Positions 18,830 through 28,969 of a DNA stretch of 64,000 bases are shown here, one piece after another. The translations under genes and the position numbers were made by a program. A model generated the notes under the pieces. It was not told the origin of the DNA, ran no database searches, and worked only from the letters and a program-made list of their open reading frames with translations. The first letter of the stretch is position 1; the number at the start of each line of letters is the position of its first letter. The DNA is from an uncultured delta proteobacterium (GTDB lineage Bacteria; Myxococcota; B64-G9): contig CAVWHX010000003.1 of NCBI GenBank assembly GCA_963754925.1, positions 416,001 to 480,000 on the forward strand. Reading direction: 5' to 3'.

Positions 18830-19498
18830 TCAAGTGACCCCAAAATATCCGTAGCGCAGAACCTGGGCCAGGATGTTGCACAGCGCATGGAAAGCAACCG
18901 CGCCAGCCACAGTTCCGGTCCGAGCGCGGAGCCATCCGAACACCAAACCCGGGAAAAAAGTTCCCAGCCGATCGAGGCGCGGTTCAACCAAATGGCCGAC
19001 GGCAAAGAGGGCGGCTACGACCACGACCGACCAGCCGACCTCGACTCCCAGAATACGCACCCGCCTTCGAAAGACCGCATCCAAACGGGTTTGTAGGTAC
19101 CCGCGATAAAAAACTTCCTCAGGCAGCGCCACTAATAAAATAGAACCAATCACCTCCTTCCAAAACGTTGCCGGCAACCCAAAATGGAATTCGGGACGCC
19201 CAAACCAAAGTTTGTAGGCGAGTGCATACGGTGGGAAGGTAACCAGCGCCAGCATCGCTGCCCAGAGCAACCCATACCCGAGGCGTTTACCCGTAATCCC
19301 ATAATCAGCCGGATGATCTCCGTTTCGGTATAACCACTCAATGGGAAGAAATAAAAAAACGAGCCCGGCGATACCGCCGAGATTTTCTTTGATAAAGGGG
19401 ATGAAGGCGAAGATCTCAAAGACGAGTATCACGCCGATGGCGATTCCGTAGAGAACCAAACCTTCGATCAAAATGTTGCGCGGCTTTGTGCTGAGCAA
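18830..19498 (-). CDS. CPBP glutamic-type intramembrane protease, myxosortase MrtC-like
   Basis: ALPEEVFYRGYLQTRL, LFAVGH, FFPGLVFGWLRARTG, FHALCN; adjacent to DUF507. Confidence 0.8.
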   Translation of the reverse strand: MLSTKPRNILIEGLVLYGIAIGVILVFEIFAFIPFIKENLGGIAGLVFLFLPIEWLYRNGDHPADYGITGKRLGYGLLWAAMLALVTFPPYALAYKLWFGRPEFHFGLPATFWKEVIGSILLVALPEEVFYRGYLQTRLDAVFRRRVRILGVEVGWSVVVVAALFAVGHLVEPRLDRLGTFFPGLVFGWLRARTGTVAGAVAFHALCNILAQVLRYGYFGVT

Positions 19499-19522
19499 CG
19501 ATTACCCCGGGTCACGGGTAGG

Positions 19523-20041
19523 TTACGTAAGCCCCTTGGCGCGGCGGACTTCTTCCAGCGTTTTGCGGTACGCCACTTCCCAATCGCGCGTGCCTTCCTC
19601 TAAGTTCTTGAGCCGTTTGCGGACTTCCTCCTCGACTTCTTCGTCGAGTTTCAGGTATCCGCGGATCACGTCGGCGATCCGTTTACGCATCACGTGGTCC
19701 TCGGCAAAAACTTCGTCAATGTTCTTTGAGATCATCATGAACTCAAGCATCTGATTGATTACGAAATCCAACCCATCATCATCTACCGGCAGCTTTCGAT
19801 TGGCCGCGGCCAGGCGGCGCGCCTCACTGTAGCGGTTTGCGCTCCAGCCGCGCGAAACCAGCAGTTCGCGAGCAAATTCGTGGAGTTCCGACTCTCGTCG
19901 CTGGTATTCGGCCAGGATGGCTTCGAAATCCTGCTCCGCCGCCCGAATGGTTTCTTCTCCGACTTCAATGTCGCCATTATCGACGAGCGCCGTAACGATG
20001 TCCCGCGCAATATTGGGAACTATCTTTTTATGTAACCTCAC
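19523..20041 (-). CDS. DUF507 family protein
   Basis: GTG start after GGAGG; MRL..K.VP.IA..IV..L...GDIEV; C-terminal EEEVRKRLKNLEEGTRDWEVAY. Confidence 0.75.
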   Translation of the reverse strand: MRLHKKIVPNIARDIVTALVDNGDIEVGEETIRAAEQDFEAILAEYQRRESELHEFARELLVSRGWSANRYSEARRLAAANRKLPVDDDGLDFVINQMLEFMMISKNIDEVFAEDHVMRKRIADVIRGYLKLDEEVEEEVRKRLKNLEEGTRDWEVAYRKTLEEVRRAKGLT

Positions 20042-20109
20042 GGGCACCTCCCTGGTACACCTGACAAGGGCATACCTATCAGGCCTTTCCGGTCTGGTCA
20101 AGAATGAAC

Positions 20110-22029
20110 CTATGAAAGGAGGCCAATAATTCGCTCGGCAACAGATCGCGAAACGCCCGGTACCGCCATAAGCTCGTCAGCGGTTGCGGTGCGCACCGCC
20201 CTGAGACTGCCAAAGTGCTTGAGCAAACGCTTCTTGAGCACCGGCCCCACTCCGGGCACCTCATCCAGGATACTCCGCAGTGCGCTCCGTTTTCGCAGGG
20301 TGCGATGGTAGCTGACGGCGAAGCGGTGCGCCTCGTCACGTACGCGGGAGAGCAGAAACAGCTCGTCGCTATTGGGGTTCAGCAGGATTGGATTTTTTCG
20401 CCTGGGCACATAGACCCGCTCCCGGGTGACCGTATGACGACCGGCGCCCGGCCCGCCCTTTGCGAGCGCCGCCACAGCCACGTCCGTAATTCCGAGGTCG
20501 GCAAGCAGCCGCTCAATCACCCGGAGCTGTCCCGGTCCACCATCAAGCAACAATAGATCCGGCCCGGTTTCGGTCCCGGCCACAACCGGCCGCAAGCGCC
20601 TGCTCACCACCTCACGCATCATATCCACGTCCGAATCCGGCGCCGCCTCGCGTATCTTGTAACGCCGGTAGCCTGCTGGATACGGCTCCCCGTCGAGCAG
20701 CACAACCAGCGAACCGACACTGAACGCGCCGCCATGGGTGGAGATATCGATGCACTCAATCCGCCGCGGGAGTATGCTCAGCCCGAGTCTAACCTGTAAG
20801 CGCTGGAGCCGTCCGGTCAAAACCGATGAGACGGCCACGCGCGCCCGGTAGGCCTCGGCTGCGTTGTCCTGGGCGAGCTTGACCAGCTCAGCGCCCCTGC
20901 CCCGCTGCGGAATATTCACGCGCACCTGCGTTCCGTGAAGCTCGGTAAGCCAGACCGTAAGCGATTCCAGATTCTCGCCTTCCTCGCCCGGGGTGCGTGC
21001 TTCCGGGGGAAGAAGGACCAACGGCGGCACGTCCGCGCCCGAGCTATAGTGTTGGGCGACAAACTGCCGAATGAGATCGTCCGACGGCGCCTGCGTATCG
21101 GCAAAGGGAAAGCGCACGGTTGACAACCAGCGGCCGCGTCTAATTTGTAAAAGCAGGAGCATGCCGCTCGCGCCCGCGCGCATCAGCGCCACGACATCGA
21201 GATCCTGCTCGGTGTAATCGATCATTTGCTGGCGCTCGAGCGTCACCCGCACCGCCCGCAGGCGATCGCGCAGGCGAGCGGCTTCTTCGTACCGCAGATC
21301 CGCGGCGGCGGCCTTCATATCGCGATCGAGCGCCTCGACCAGTTCATCAAGCCGCCCCCGCAAAAACTTAACGGTCTGGGATACCCGTTGGGCGTAGACC
21401 TCGACGGGCACCGGCAACGAACAGGGGCCGAGACAATGACCGATCTGGTACTGCAGGCATGGCCTCGTGCGGCTCGCAAATACCCGATCGCTGCAAACGC
21501 GCAACTGGAAATACCGTTGAATGAAACGAAAGGTTTCGCGCGCGGCCGCAGCCGATGTGTACGGCCCAAACCAGGATCCCTCATCGTCCGTTTTCCGCGC
21601 ATTCCCGCCGTCGCTCTGAACAGATGGCGAGCCCGCTGGCCGCCGCCGATCAAAAAACAATCGGGGAAACCGGTGTGGAAATCCCAATCGAATGCATAAG
21701 AAGTTTTTTGCGTCTCGCAAATCGATGTTGTAGCGGGGCTGATGTGTCATGATCAGCTCGCGCTCGAGAATCAGGGCTTCCTTCTCGGATGGGGTCAGCA
21801 ACACCTCAATTTCGCCGAGGATAGAATCGAGCCAGGAGACAAAGGGCCTGTTGTCGCCCGAGGCGTGGAAATACGAGCGCACCCGCGCCCGGAGGTTCTT
21901 GGCCTTGCCGATGTAAATAATCCGCCCGGCCAGATCCTTCATCAAATACACGCCGGGCTTCTGGGGCAGGTTGTCAACCAGAGCCTCGCGGCGCTCACCG
22001 AGTAATGGTTGGTGCTCCAGAATCGCCAA
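20110..22029 (-). CDS. uvrC: Excinuclease ABC subunit C
   Basis: GIY-YIG PGVYLMKD..IYIGKAKNLRARVRSYF, CLQYQI..C, RIECIDIS, RDEAHRFA, HhH C-terminus. Confidence 0.97.
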   Translation of the reverse strand: MAILEHQPLLGERREALVDNLPQKPGVYLMKDLAGRIIYIGKAKNLRARVRSYFHASGDNRPFVSWLDSILGEIEVLLTPSEKEALILERELIMTHQPRYNIDLRDAKNFLCIRLGFPHRFPRLFFDRRRPAGSPSVQSDGGNARKTDDEGSWFGPYTSAAAARETFRFIQRYFQLRVCSDRVFASRTRPCLQYQIGHCLGPCSLPVPVEVYAQRVSQTVKFLRGRLDELVEALDRDMKAAAADLRYEEAARLRDRLRAVRVTLERQQMIDYTEQDLDVVALMRAGASGMLLLLQIRRGRWLSTVRFPFADTQAPSDDLIRQFVAQHYSSGADVPPLVLLPPEARTPGEEGENLESLTVWLTELHGTQVRVNIPQRGRGAELVKLAQDNAAEAYRARVAVSSVLTGRLQRLQVRLGLSILPRRIECIDISTHGGAFSVGSLVVLLDGEPYPAGYRRYKIREAAPDSDVDMMREVVSRRLRPVVAGTETGPDLLLLDGGPGQLRVIERLLADLGITDVAVAALAKGGPGAGRHTVTRERVYVPRRKNPILLNPNSDELFLLSRVRDEAHRFAVSYHRTLRKRSALRSILDEVPGVGPVLKKRLLKHFGSLRAVRTATADELMAVPGVSRSVAERIIGLLS

Positions 22030-22036
22030 CTTCTAC

Positions 22037-22089
22037 TCCCCTTCGGGGATAAGAGCCTGTAACGCTCGCTCCGCTCGCTAACAGGCTCT
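22037..22089. repeat. Intergenic double-hairpin element (copy 1)
   Basis: TCCCCTTCGGGGA then AGAGCCTGT-AACGCTCGCTCCGCTCGCTA-ACAGGCTCT; near-identical core at 56906-56936. Confidence 0.8.
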
Positions 22090-24070
22090 AACCTACCCTT
22101 AACGACCACTGCTTAATCGCTCGCACTTGATCGCGAAGCTTCGCCGCGCGCTCAAATTCAAGCGCCTCGGCCGCAGCAAACATCTCGCGTTCGAGTAGGG
22201 CAACCTGATCGAGGAGCTCGCGCTCGCCGCGCAGCGGCGTCGTTGACGCCGGTGATGGCGGGGAGAGTTTTTCCTCGAAGTCGCGCACCTGACTCACCGC
22301 CTTCTTGATCGAGCGTGGGGTTATGCCGTGTTGGCGGTTGTTTTCTTCCTGGATCGCGCGGCGGCGCTGTGTCTCTTCCACGGCCCGGCGAATCGATTCG
22401 GTCCGGTTGTCGGCGTAGAGAATCACCCGGCCCAACAGATTGCGCGCCGCCCGGCCCATGGTTTGTATGAGCGACGTCTCCGATCGCAAAAAACCTTCGC
22501 GATCGGCGTCCAGAACCGCCACCAGCGCCACCTCGGGCATGTCCAATCCCTCGCGCAGCAGATTGATCCCAACCAGCACATCGAAGACTCCTAACCGCAG
22601 TTGCTTGATGATCTCGAATCGTTCCAGCGTCTTGATATCCGAGTGCAGGTAGCGCACCTTCACGCCCTGTTCGGCCAAGAACTCGGTCAAATCCTCCGCC
22701 AGGCGCTTAGTCAGCGTCGTCACCAGCACCCGCTGGTTCGCAGCGACACACGTGCGAATTTCGGCCAGGAGGTCGTCCACCTGGCCGCTGGCCGGACGCA
22801 AATCGACCTGGGGGTCGAGTAGGCCCGTCGGCCGGATAATCTGCTCAACCACGACTCCCTCGGCCAAGGCGATCTCCAATGCCGCCGGGGTAGCCGAGAT
22901 GTAGATTCGCTGACCGGCGCGCGCGTCGAACTCCTCGTAGGTAAGCGGTCGATTATCGAGCGCCGAGGGGAGACGGAAGCCAAATTCAACCAGGGTCTCC
23001 TTGCGCGAACGATCGCCTCGAAACATGCCTTTTATCTGCGGCAGGGTCTGGTGGCTTTCGTCGATCACCACCACCGTGTCATGGGGGAGATAATCGATCA
23101 GGGTCGGCGGCGGCTCACCCGGCTTGCGGCCGGAAAGATGGCGGCTGTAGTTCTCTATCCCGGCGCAGTAACCCATCTCTTCGATCATTTCGAGATCGTA
23201 CAACGTTCGTTGCTCGAGACGCTGCGCCTCAACGAGGCGGTTTTGGGCGCGGAACGCATTCAGCCGTTCGTTGAGCTCGATGCGGATGTCTTCGTTCGCC
23301 TGCCGCAATCGTTCGGGCCCGGTGACGTAATGGCTGCCGGGATAGATATCAATGTGTTCGAGCTCCGAAAGCCGCTTGCCCCGCAACGCGTCGATCCAGG
23401 TTATTTCCTCGACGGTATCTCCCCAGAATGAAATCCGCACCGCGCGGTCGTCTTCGTACGCCGGAAAGATGTCCAGCGAATCGCCGCGCACCCGAAAGGT
23501 GCCGCGCCCAAAATCGACGTCGTTGCGCGCATAATGAATGTCCACCAAGCGCCGCAGCAAGGCGTCCCGTCCGATGCTTTGGCCGCGTTGGATCGGCACC
23601 CGCATTTCGGCGTATGACTCGGCTGGCCCCAGGCCGAAGATGCAGGAAACCGAGGCGACGATGATCACATCGCGCCGGGTGAGTAAGGCGTGCGTCGCGA
23701 CGTGCCGCATGCGGTCTATTTCGTCGTTAATGCTGGCGTCCTTCTCGATATACGTGTCGCTCTGCGGAATGTAGGCCTCGGGCTGGTAGTAGTCGTAGTA
23801 CGAAACGAAAAAGGCCACGGCGTTTTCCGGAAAGAAAGCCTTGAACTCGGCATACAGTTGGCCGGCCAACGTCTTGTTATGGGCGATCACCAACGCCGGG
23901 CGTTGGGTGCGAGCCAGAACGTTGGCGATCGTAAAGGTCTTGCCCGAACCGGTGACGCCCAGAAGGACTTGATGCTTTCGGCCGCGGTTAAGCTGCTCGA
24001 CGAGTTCGTCGATGGCGCGCGGCTGATCGCCCGCTGGCGAAAACTCACTATGAAGCTTAAAACCGCTCAT
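22088..24070 (-). CDS. uvrB: Excinuclease ABC subunit B
   Basis: [42 protein letters not shown]. Confidence 0.98.
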   Translation of the reverse strand: MSGFKLHSEFSPAGDQPRAIDELVEQLNRGRKHQVLLGVTGSGKTFTIANVLARTQRPALVIAHNKTLAGQLYAEFKAFFPENAVAFFVSYYDYYQPEAYIPQSDTYIEKDASINDEIDRMRHVATHALLTRRDVIIVASVSCIFGLGPAESYAEMRVPIQRGQSIGRDALLRRLVDIHYARNDVDFGRGTFRVRGDSLDIFPAYEDDRAVRISFWGDTVEEITWIDALRGKRLSELEHIDIYPGSHYVTGPERLRQANEDIRIELNERLNAFRAQNRLVEAQRLEQRTLYDLEMIEEMGYCAGIENYSRHLSGRKPGEPPPTLIDYLPHDTVVVIDESHQTLPQIKGMFRGDRSRKETLVEFGFRLPSALDNRPLTYEEFDARAGQRIYISATPAALEIALAEGVVVEQIIRPTGLLDPQVDLRPASGQVDDLLAEIRTCVAANQRVLVTTLTKRLAEDLTEFLAEQGVKVRYLHSDIKTLERFEIIKQLRLGVFDVLVGINLLREGLDMPEVALVAVLDADREGFLRSETSLIQTMGRAARNLLGRVILYADNRTESIRRAVEETQRRRAIQEENNRQHGITPRSIKKAVSQVRDFEEKLSPPSPASTTPLRGERELLDQVALLEREMFAAAEALEFERAAKLRDQVRAIKQWSLRVG

Positions 24071-24102
24071 ACTTACGCTCTTAAGAAGATTGGGTACAGA
24101 GG

Positions 24103-25677
24103 TTAGCTACGCACCTTCCAGGTAGTTCCGGCTGGACCGTCCATCAGCTCGACGCCCCGATTGTTCAGCTCTTCACGTATGGCGTCCGATCGCTTGAAGT
24201 TTTTAGCCTTACGAGCGGCGTTTCGCTCGGCAATCAGGCGCTCGATATCGGTTGCATCGACTTGGCGCGCGCCCAGAGCGCGTTGCTGGAGGCCCGCCAA
24301 GGCGGCTTCGGGGCTACGCTCGGTTATGCCGAGCACCGAGGTCATGGCGCCGATCGCCTCCTGGAGGGCGTGCGCGGTCGAGGTTATCAGTGCCTCGGAA
24401 TGACCGCTCCGGTTGTCGAGAACCTCGTTGGCGAACCGCATCGCATCGGATAGCACCGCCAGGGCGGCGGCGGCATTGAAATCGTCGTCCATCGCCTGTT
24501 CGAATTGCGGCAGAAAGGCCTGCACCTGTTCAGCGGCAACCAGGACGCCGGCACCCGTGCGTCCTTGGGAAAGGCAGGTTTCGAGGCGCTGTCGAGTGGT
24601 GTACATATACTCGATCCGGCGTTGAGCCTCTTCGAGCGCCGGGAACTGTACCACCGATCTCATCTGATCATCGGAAAGGGCCTTACCACAGGCGGTACAC
24701 GTGCGATTCTCGATCTGCGAGGGAGTCAAAGTCGTTCGGCACGCGGGACACACATACTTGACATCAAAGTTAACCGGACTACGGTAGTGAGTGGTCAGTA
24801 AAAACAGCCGTAACGCTTCAGGATCATATGTTTTGAGAATCTCGCGTATGGTAAAAAAATTGCCCAGCGATTTCGACATTTTTTCCTTGTCAATGTTGAC
24901 AAAACCATTGTGGAAAAAGTAGCGACAGAACGGTTTGCCGGTCGCTGCTTCGCTTTGAGCGATTTCGTTTTCATGATGCGGGAACACCAAGTCCTTTCCC
25001 CCGCCATGAATATCGAACGTCTCGCCCAAGTATTTGGAGCTCATAGTCGAACACTCGATGTGCCATCCCGGCCTGCCCGGACCCCATGGACTATCCCAGG
25101 ACGGCTCGCCGGGTTTGGATGATTTCCAAAGGGCAAAGTCGAGCGGATTGCGCTTGCGGTCATCAACCTCCACCCGCGCCCCGGCCTTGAGATCGTCAAG
25201 ATTGCGCCCCGACAGCCGGCCATAGCGCGGAAAGGAGTCGACGCCGAAATAGACATCGCCATCAACCTGATAGGCATGTCCGCGAACCAGCAACTGCTCC
25301 ACGGTGCGAATAATATCGGGGATATGCTGAGTCACGCGCGGTTCGATCTGCGGGCGCTGTATTCCCAACGCATCCATATCGGTGTAAAACTCGCGGATAT
25401 AGCGCTCGGCCAGAGCGTCGCATGAATCGCCGAGCTCAGAGGCGCGTTTAATAATCTTGTCATCGACGTCGGTAAAATTGCGCACATACACCACGTGGAA
25501 GCCACGGTAGGTCAGGTAGCGCACCAAAACATCGGCGGTAATATAGGCCCGAGCATGACCGATATGGCACCTATCATAAACCGTGACGCCACAAACGTAC
25601 ATCCCAACCTTGCCGGGAACCAACGGAACAAAGTCTTCTTTGCGGTTCGACAAGCTGTTGAAGATCTTGATAGTCAT
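24103..25677 (-). CDS. cysS: Cysteinyl-tRNA synthetase with extra zinc-ribbon insertion
   Basis: [33 protein letters not shown]; insertion CPAC..CTAC after HYRSPVNF. Confidence 0.97.
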   Translation of the reverse strand: MTIKIFNSLSNRKEDFVPLVPGKVGMYVCGVTVYDRCHIGHARAYITADVLVRYLTYRGFHVVYVRNFTDVDDKIIKRASELGDSCDALAERYIREFYTDMDALGIQRPQIEPRVTQHIPDIIRTVEQLLVRGHAYQVDGDVYFGVDSFPRYGRLSGRNLDDLKAGARVEVDDRKRNPLDFALWKSSKPGEPSWDSPWGPGRPGWHIECSTMSSKYLGETFDIHGGGKDLVFPHHENEIAQSEAATGKPFCRYFFHNGFVNIDKEKMSKSLGNFFTIREILKTYDPEALRLFLLTTHYRSPVNFDVKYVCPACRTTLTPSQIENRTCTACGKALSDDQMRSVVQFPALEEAQRRIEYMYTTRQRLETCLSQGRTGAGVLVAAEQVQAFLPQFEQAMDDDFNAAAALAVLSDAMRFANEVLDNRSGHSEALITSTAHALQEAIGAMTSVLGITERSPEAALAGLQQRALGARQVDATDIERLIAERNAARKAKNFKRSDAIREELNNRGVELMDGPAGTTWKVRS

Positions 25678-26258
25678 TATTCCTCTCCCGTATTCGGCCC
25701 AGGAACGTTATGCCGGAAACTTCGGCCGCGCCACAACATTCGCAGATTGATCAGGGCCATTACCAACATTACAGCACAGGCGGCTACGTACCACCACGCC
25801 TGCCGAGGTCGCTCACCGGCTTGCAGCAGATACAGCGACCCGCTCGTGGGTGCGGCGGGAAAATGGCCGCGGTAATAGGCGACCACCGCATCGTACCGCG
25901 CAGTTTTGGACAGATCCAACAAATGACCCTCAAAGGAAGAATCGACGGCGCCGTCGCAACCTTCACCTCCCCTGGCCGGCGACTGAATCAGGATGCGCGC
26001 GCCCATTTCAGAGCCAAGCAAGTACAAAAAGCGCATCGAAGTCGAAAAAACCTCTGCGCGCACGCACAAATCGCGGGCAATGCCTGAAATACGGTAGTAA
26101 CCGTTGTGGGTGAGATCTCGCGGCGTCAGATCTTCGGCTTGGCCTAAATCTTCCGGTTGGTCGGACTGAAAAAAGTAGGTTAATTCATCGCGCAACAATC
26201 CGATGAGCACAACCATGAGCAGGAAAAAAACGCCGGCGAGATACTTTTTGTACCTCAT
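25677..26258 (-). CDS. Hypothetical membrane protein (N- and C-terminal TM helices)
   Basis: Translationally coupled to ispDF and cysS; hydrophobic segments at both ends. Confidence 0.7.
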   Translation of the reverse strand: MRYKKYLAGVFFLLMVVLIGLLRDELTYFFQSDQPEDLGQAEDLTPRDLTHNGYYRISGIARDLCVRAEVFSTSMRFLYLLGSEMGARILIQSPARGGEGCDGAVDSSFEGHLLDLSKTARYDAVVAYYRGHFPAAPTSGSLYLLQAGERPRQAWWYVAACAVMLVMALINLRMLWRGRSFRHNVPGPNTGEE

Positions 26259-27451
26259 GGGCGGCTCTTTCCGTCGGCAGGAGCTGGAACGGGGACCACG
26301 ACCGCCAGCGCGTAGGCGGCGATGCCCTGTTGACTGCCCGTGAACCCGAGCCCCTCTTCGGTGGTGGCCTTAAGACCTATCGCTTCGGTCGACACCATCA
26401 GGACCGGCGCAATAGCCCGCGCCATGGCCGGCAGGTATTCGGCCAGACGCGGCTTTTCTGCAACCACGGTGAGATCGGCCGACGCGACGCGGTAACCATG
26501 CGCGCCGACGTACGCGATCACATCGGCAAGCAACGTCAGGCTCGAGATCCCGAGATACCGCGGATCGGTGTCCGGAAAGCGCTGACCGATGTCCCCTAAG
26601 GCCGCGGCTCCGAGTATCGCGTCGCAGAGAGCGTGGAGGGCCACGTCCGCGTCCGAATGCCCGAGCAGGCCCAACTCGAACGGTATCGCAACGCCGCCCA
26701 GCATCAACGCCCGCCCCGGCGCGAGCCGGTGAACATCGTACCCAAAACCGACGCGGGGAAGGCAGAAGCCAAGTCGCGTGAGATCGGTAGGCCAGGTCAC
26801 TTTAATGTTTTGGTGCTCGCCCACGACGGTAACGACCTCCTGGCCGGAAGCTTCGACCAGCGCCGCGTCGTCAGAAAAATGTCCGTTCCCGTGTTTCGCG
26901 CGCCAGAGATAGGCGCGCTCGAGAACGTCACGACGAAAACCTTGCGGCGTCTGCGCCAACCGGAGCTGCTCGCGCGGCAGCGTTCTGAGAACCTGATTGC
27001 GTGCGTTAACCTGCTTGATGGTTTCATTCGCCGGCAGCACCGGAACGCAAGCCCCCTCGCGCCAGGCCGCTTTAGCCACTCTCTCGATGAGTTCGGCCGT
27101 TAGGCACGGTCGTACGCCGTCGTGAACGAGAATCAGTTGGCAGTCGGACGGCACCGCTGCCAACCCAGCCGCCACGGAGTCTGTGCGTTCCTGCCCGCCT
27201 TCCACGAGCCGTATATCGGCGGCCGAGCGCAGATCGGGTGTGAGCCACGGTTGCTCCACGTAACCGGCCGGCACAACCACGACGATCCCCCGTACCCCGG
27301 GCCATACCAGCAGGGCTTTGAGCGTGCGGACTACGAGCGCGCTTCCATCAACGTCAACAAATTGTTTGGGCGCCGCCGCGGCAAAACGCATACCCGCGCC
27401 GCCTGCCGCCACAATCACCCAACACTCTGGCACCGTCTGTGCCGCATCCAT
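26255..27451 (-). CDS. ispDF: Bifunctional IspD/IspF (MEP pathway)
   Basis: AAGGAGMRF...PKQF, VHDGVRP, AQTPQGF, NIKVT; then RVGFGYDVH, GHSDADVALHALCDA, KATTEEGLGF. Confidence 0.95.
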   Translation of the reverse strand: MDAAQTVPECWVIVAAGGAGMRFAAAAPKQFVDVDGSALVVRTLKALLVWPGVRGIVVVVPAGYVEQPWLTPDLRSAADIRLVEGGQERTDSVAAGLAAVPSDCQLILVHDGVRPCLTAELIERVAKAAWREGACVPVLPANETIKQVNARNQVLRTLPREQLRLAQTPQGFRRDVLERAYLWRAKHGNGHFSDDAALVEASGQEVVTVVGEHQNIKVTWPTDLTRLGFCLPRVGFGYDVHRLAPGRALMLGGVAIPFELGLLGHSDADVALHALCDAILGAAALGDIGQRFPDTDPRYLGISSLTLLADVIAYVGAHGYRVASADLTVVAEKPRLAEYLPAMARAIAPVLMVSTEAIGLKATTEEGLGFTGSQQGIAAYALAVVVPVPAPADGKSRP

Positions 27452-27534
27452 ACAACGTTCTCCGGTTACCTAGTTCAAATCTTGCGAGACAGCATAGCAG
27501 ATCGCAACGCGCCCAACAACTCACGTGACATTGA

Positions 27535-27694
27535 GGTAGTGCCTCAGTTTGCCAGAGGCTTACGGGTGTTCGGCAGGCGACCGTCTACACCCAGGTCCCA
27601 TTTACGCTTTGAATGGTGAACTCTTAAGCGGTTAATATGTTTCGGTCGCGTGTCGTTCGACGAATACCCGTAAGCCTCAAACTGAGACTCTACC
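27535..27694. mobile_element. 160-bp MITE with ~34-38 bp terminal inverted repeats and 8-bp target-site duplication
   Basis: Left GGTAGTGCCTCAGTTTGCCAGAGGCTTACGGGTGTTCG; right (rc) GGTAGAGTCTCAGTTTGAGGCTTACGGGTATTCG; flanked by GACATTGA at 27527-27534 and 27695-27702. Confidence 0.9.
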
Positions 27695-27857
27695 GACATT
27701 GACATTAACAGGTTGAATAAAAGGCGAATCGATATCAAAGGGTCATTGAACAAGGACGTCTGAAAGGATAGTGACGCAAACGGCAGACTTGGTTTCTTCC
27801 GTCAATCTACTCGTGAAATAGACCCATCTCAACGGTACATCCCTTGGCCATAACCTG

Positions 27858-27968
27858 TCATAACATACTGGATTTCTTGAGTAATTTTTCTTTTTTCTTT
27901 TGCTTCTTCTCTTTGATGGTAAGTTTTTTCTTGTTGGTTTTCTCCGGCTTTTCCTGTCCTTTAGCCAT
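27858..27968 (-). CDS. Small (36 aa) lysine-rich basic protein
   Basis: MAKGQEKPEKTNKKKLTIKEKKQKKKEKLLKKSSML with strong GGGAGGTG RBS; below the ORF-track cutoff. Confidence 0.7.
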   Translation of the reverse strand: MAKGQEKPEKTNKKKLTIKEKKQKKKEKLLKKSSML

Positions 27969-28016
27969 GACTAACACCTCCCTCGCATGGTCATTAATAT
28001 CAAGCGCTCAAGCTAT

Positions 28017-28032
28017 CGCAAGCTTCGCGCCG
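28017..28032 (-). promoter_or_regulatory. Possible sigma54 promoter for the small basic protein
   Basis: Minus strand CGGCGCGAAGCTTGCG: GG-N10-GC with TTGC; imperfect -24 box. Confidence 0.4.
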
Positions 28033-28126
28033 GGTTATCCATCGCCGAAGTATCTCATAATCTTACGGCGTGGGCAACTTTCACCGCCTCAAACAGCGTA
28101 CCCACTGTCGACCGAAAAAATAACGT

Positions 28127-28867
28127 TCAGGTAAAGACTGCCTGGCTCGAGTAGTCCTGGTAAACCGACTGACACGGCGGACCCTCGGCATGGAGAAAGC
28201 GGTTGGCACCATCAGCAAAAAGCCATAACAAGGTTGAAGAACGGGTTCCATACAATTGGCCGGGTACGTGAACACAAGTGCCACTAAAGGGGTCGACATG
28301 ATGTTGAGCGAGCATTTCGTGTAATACCGCCTCGTCTGGAGCTTTTTCGCGGGGCAAGAGCGACATCTTTGTCTTGAGGTTCTCCTCCCTTTCAGTTGCC
28401 GTAGAAACTAAACTCCGCTCGGTGACCACATGGATTCCTGGGGATAGTTCCGAAGTATGCAAATTTTTACCATCGCTCCAAAGTAAAAATGCTTTTCCCC
28501 TATCGGCCATAACCAAATGGAATCGATTGTAGCCATCGGGATTAGTTCTCTTCATAAGATCAAAGGCTTCAACGGCCGAGTGACAGGACAGCGCTTGGAG
28601 AACGAGCTCGCCCCGGGAATGTCGATCCGGGTCAGGTGGTTTTCCGTAGCGGTTGGTGATCCCAACAAAAACTCCAAAAGCGTTTAACCCTAACCACGTG
28701 CCGTGGGCCTTCAGATCCATTGGAGCCAAAATAGGTATTCGGTTCGCCGTATCCAGTACCCTCACTGCCGGAGGCGCCGAGGGTCGATTAAGCCACTCAT
28801 CACGGTTGCCCGCTATCAGAAGCGGCGTATCCTTAAAGTAGTTGGTCGCTACAATAATAGTGCACAT
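28127..28867 (-). CDS. NRDE/TANGO2 family protein
   Basis: MCT N-terminus, GNRDE..RPS, GTWLGLN, SRGELV, YGTRSST. Confidence 0.9.
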   Translation of the reverse strand: MCTIIVATNYFKDTPLLIAGNRDEWLNRPSAPPAVRVLDTANRIPILAPMDLKAHGTWLGLNAFGVFVGITNRYGKPPDPDRHSRGELVLQALSCHSAVEAFDLMKRTNPDGYNRFHLVMADRGKAFLLWSDGKNLHTSELSPGIHVVTERSLVSTATEREENLKTKMSLLPREKAPDEAVLHEMLAQHHVDPFSGTCVHVPGQLYGTRSSTLLWLFADGANRFLHAEGPPCQSVYQDYSSQAVFT

Positions 28868-28969
28868 TGTCCAAACTCCACTCAATGGCATAGTAACCGA
28901 TCTTGTTGATATTGAAAAGGTCCTAGGGTACAAACTGGATAACGAGCCAACCGATTATGTGATTCCATT

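Noticed and set aside
22030..24100. LexA/SOS box for uvrB or uvrC
   Set aside because: No recognisable box; uvrB follows cysS after only about 30 bp.
13055..27694. One large composite transposon bounded by the two matching TIRs
   Set aside because: Flanks do not share a target duplication, the interval holds core genes, and the right end already pairs with 27535.
27544..27753. 69-aa minus-strand ORF
   Set aside because: Lies largely within the MITE; no RBS or transposase motif.
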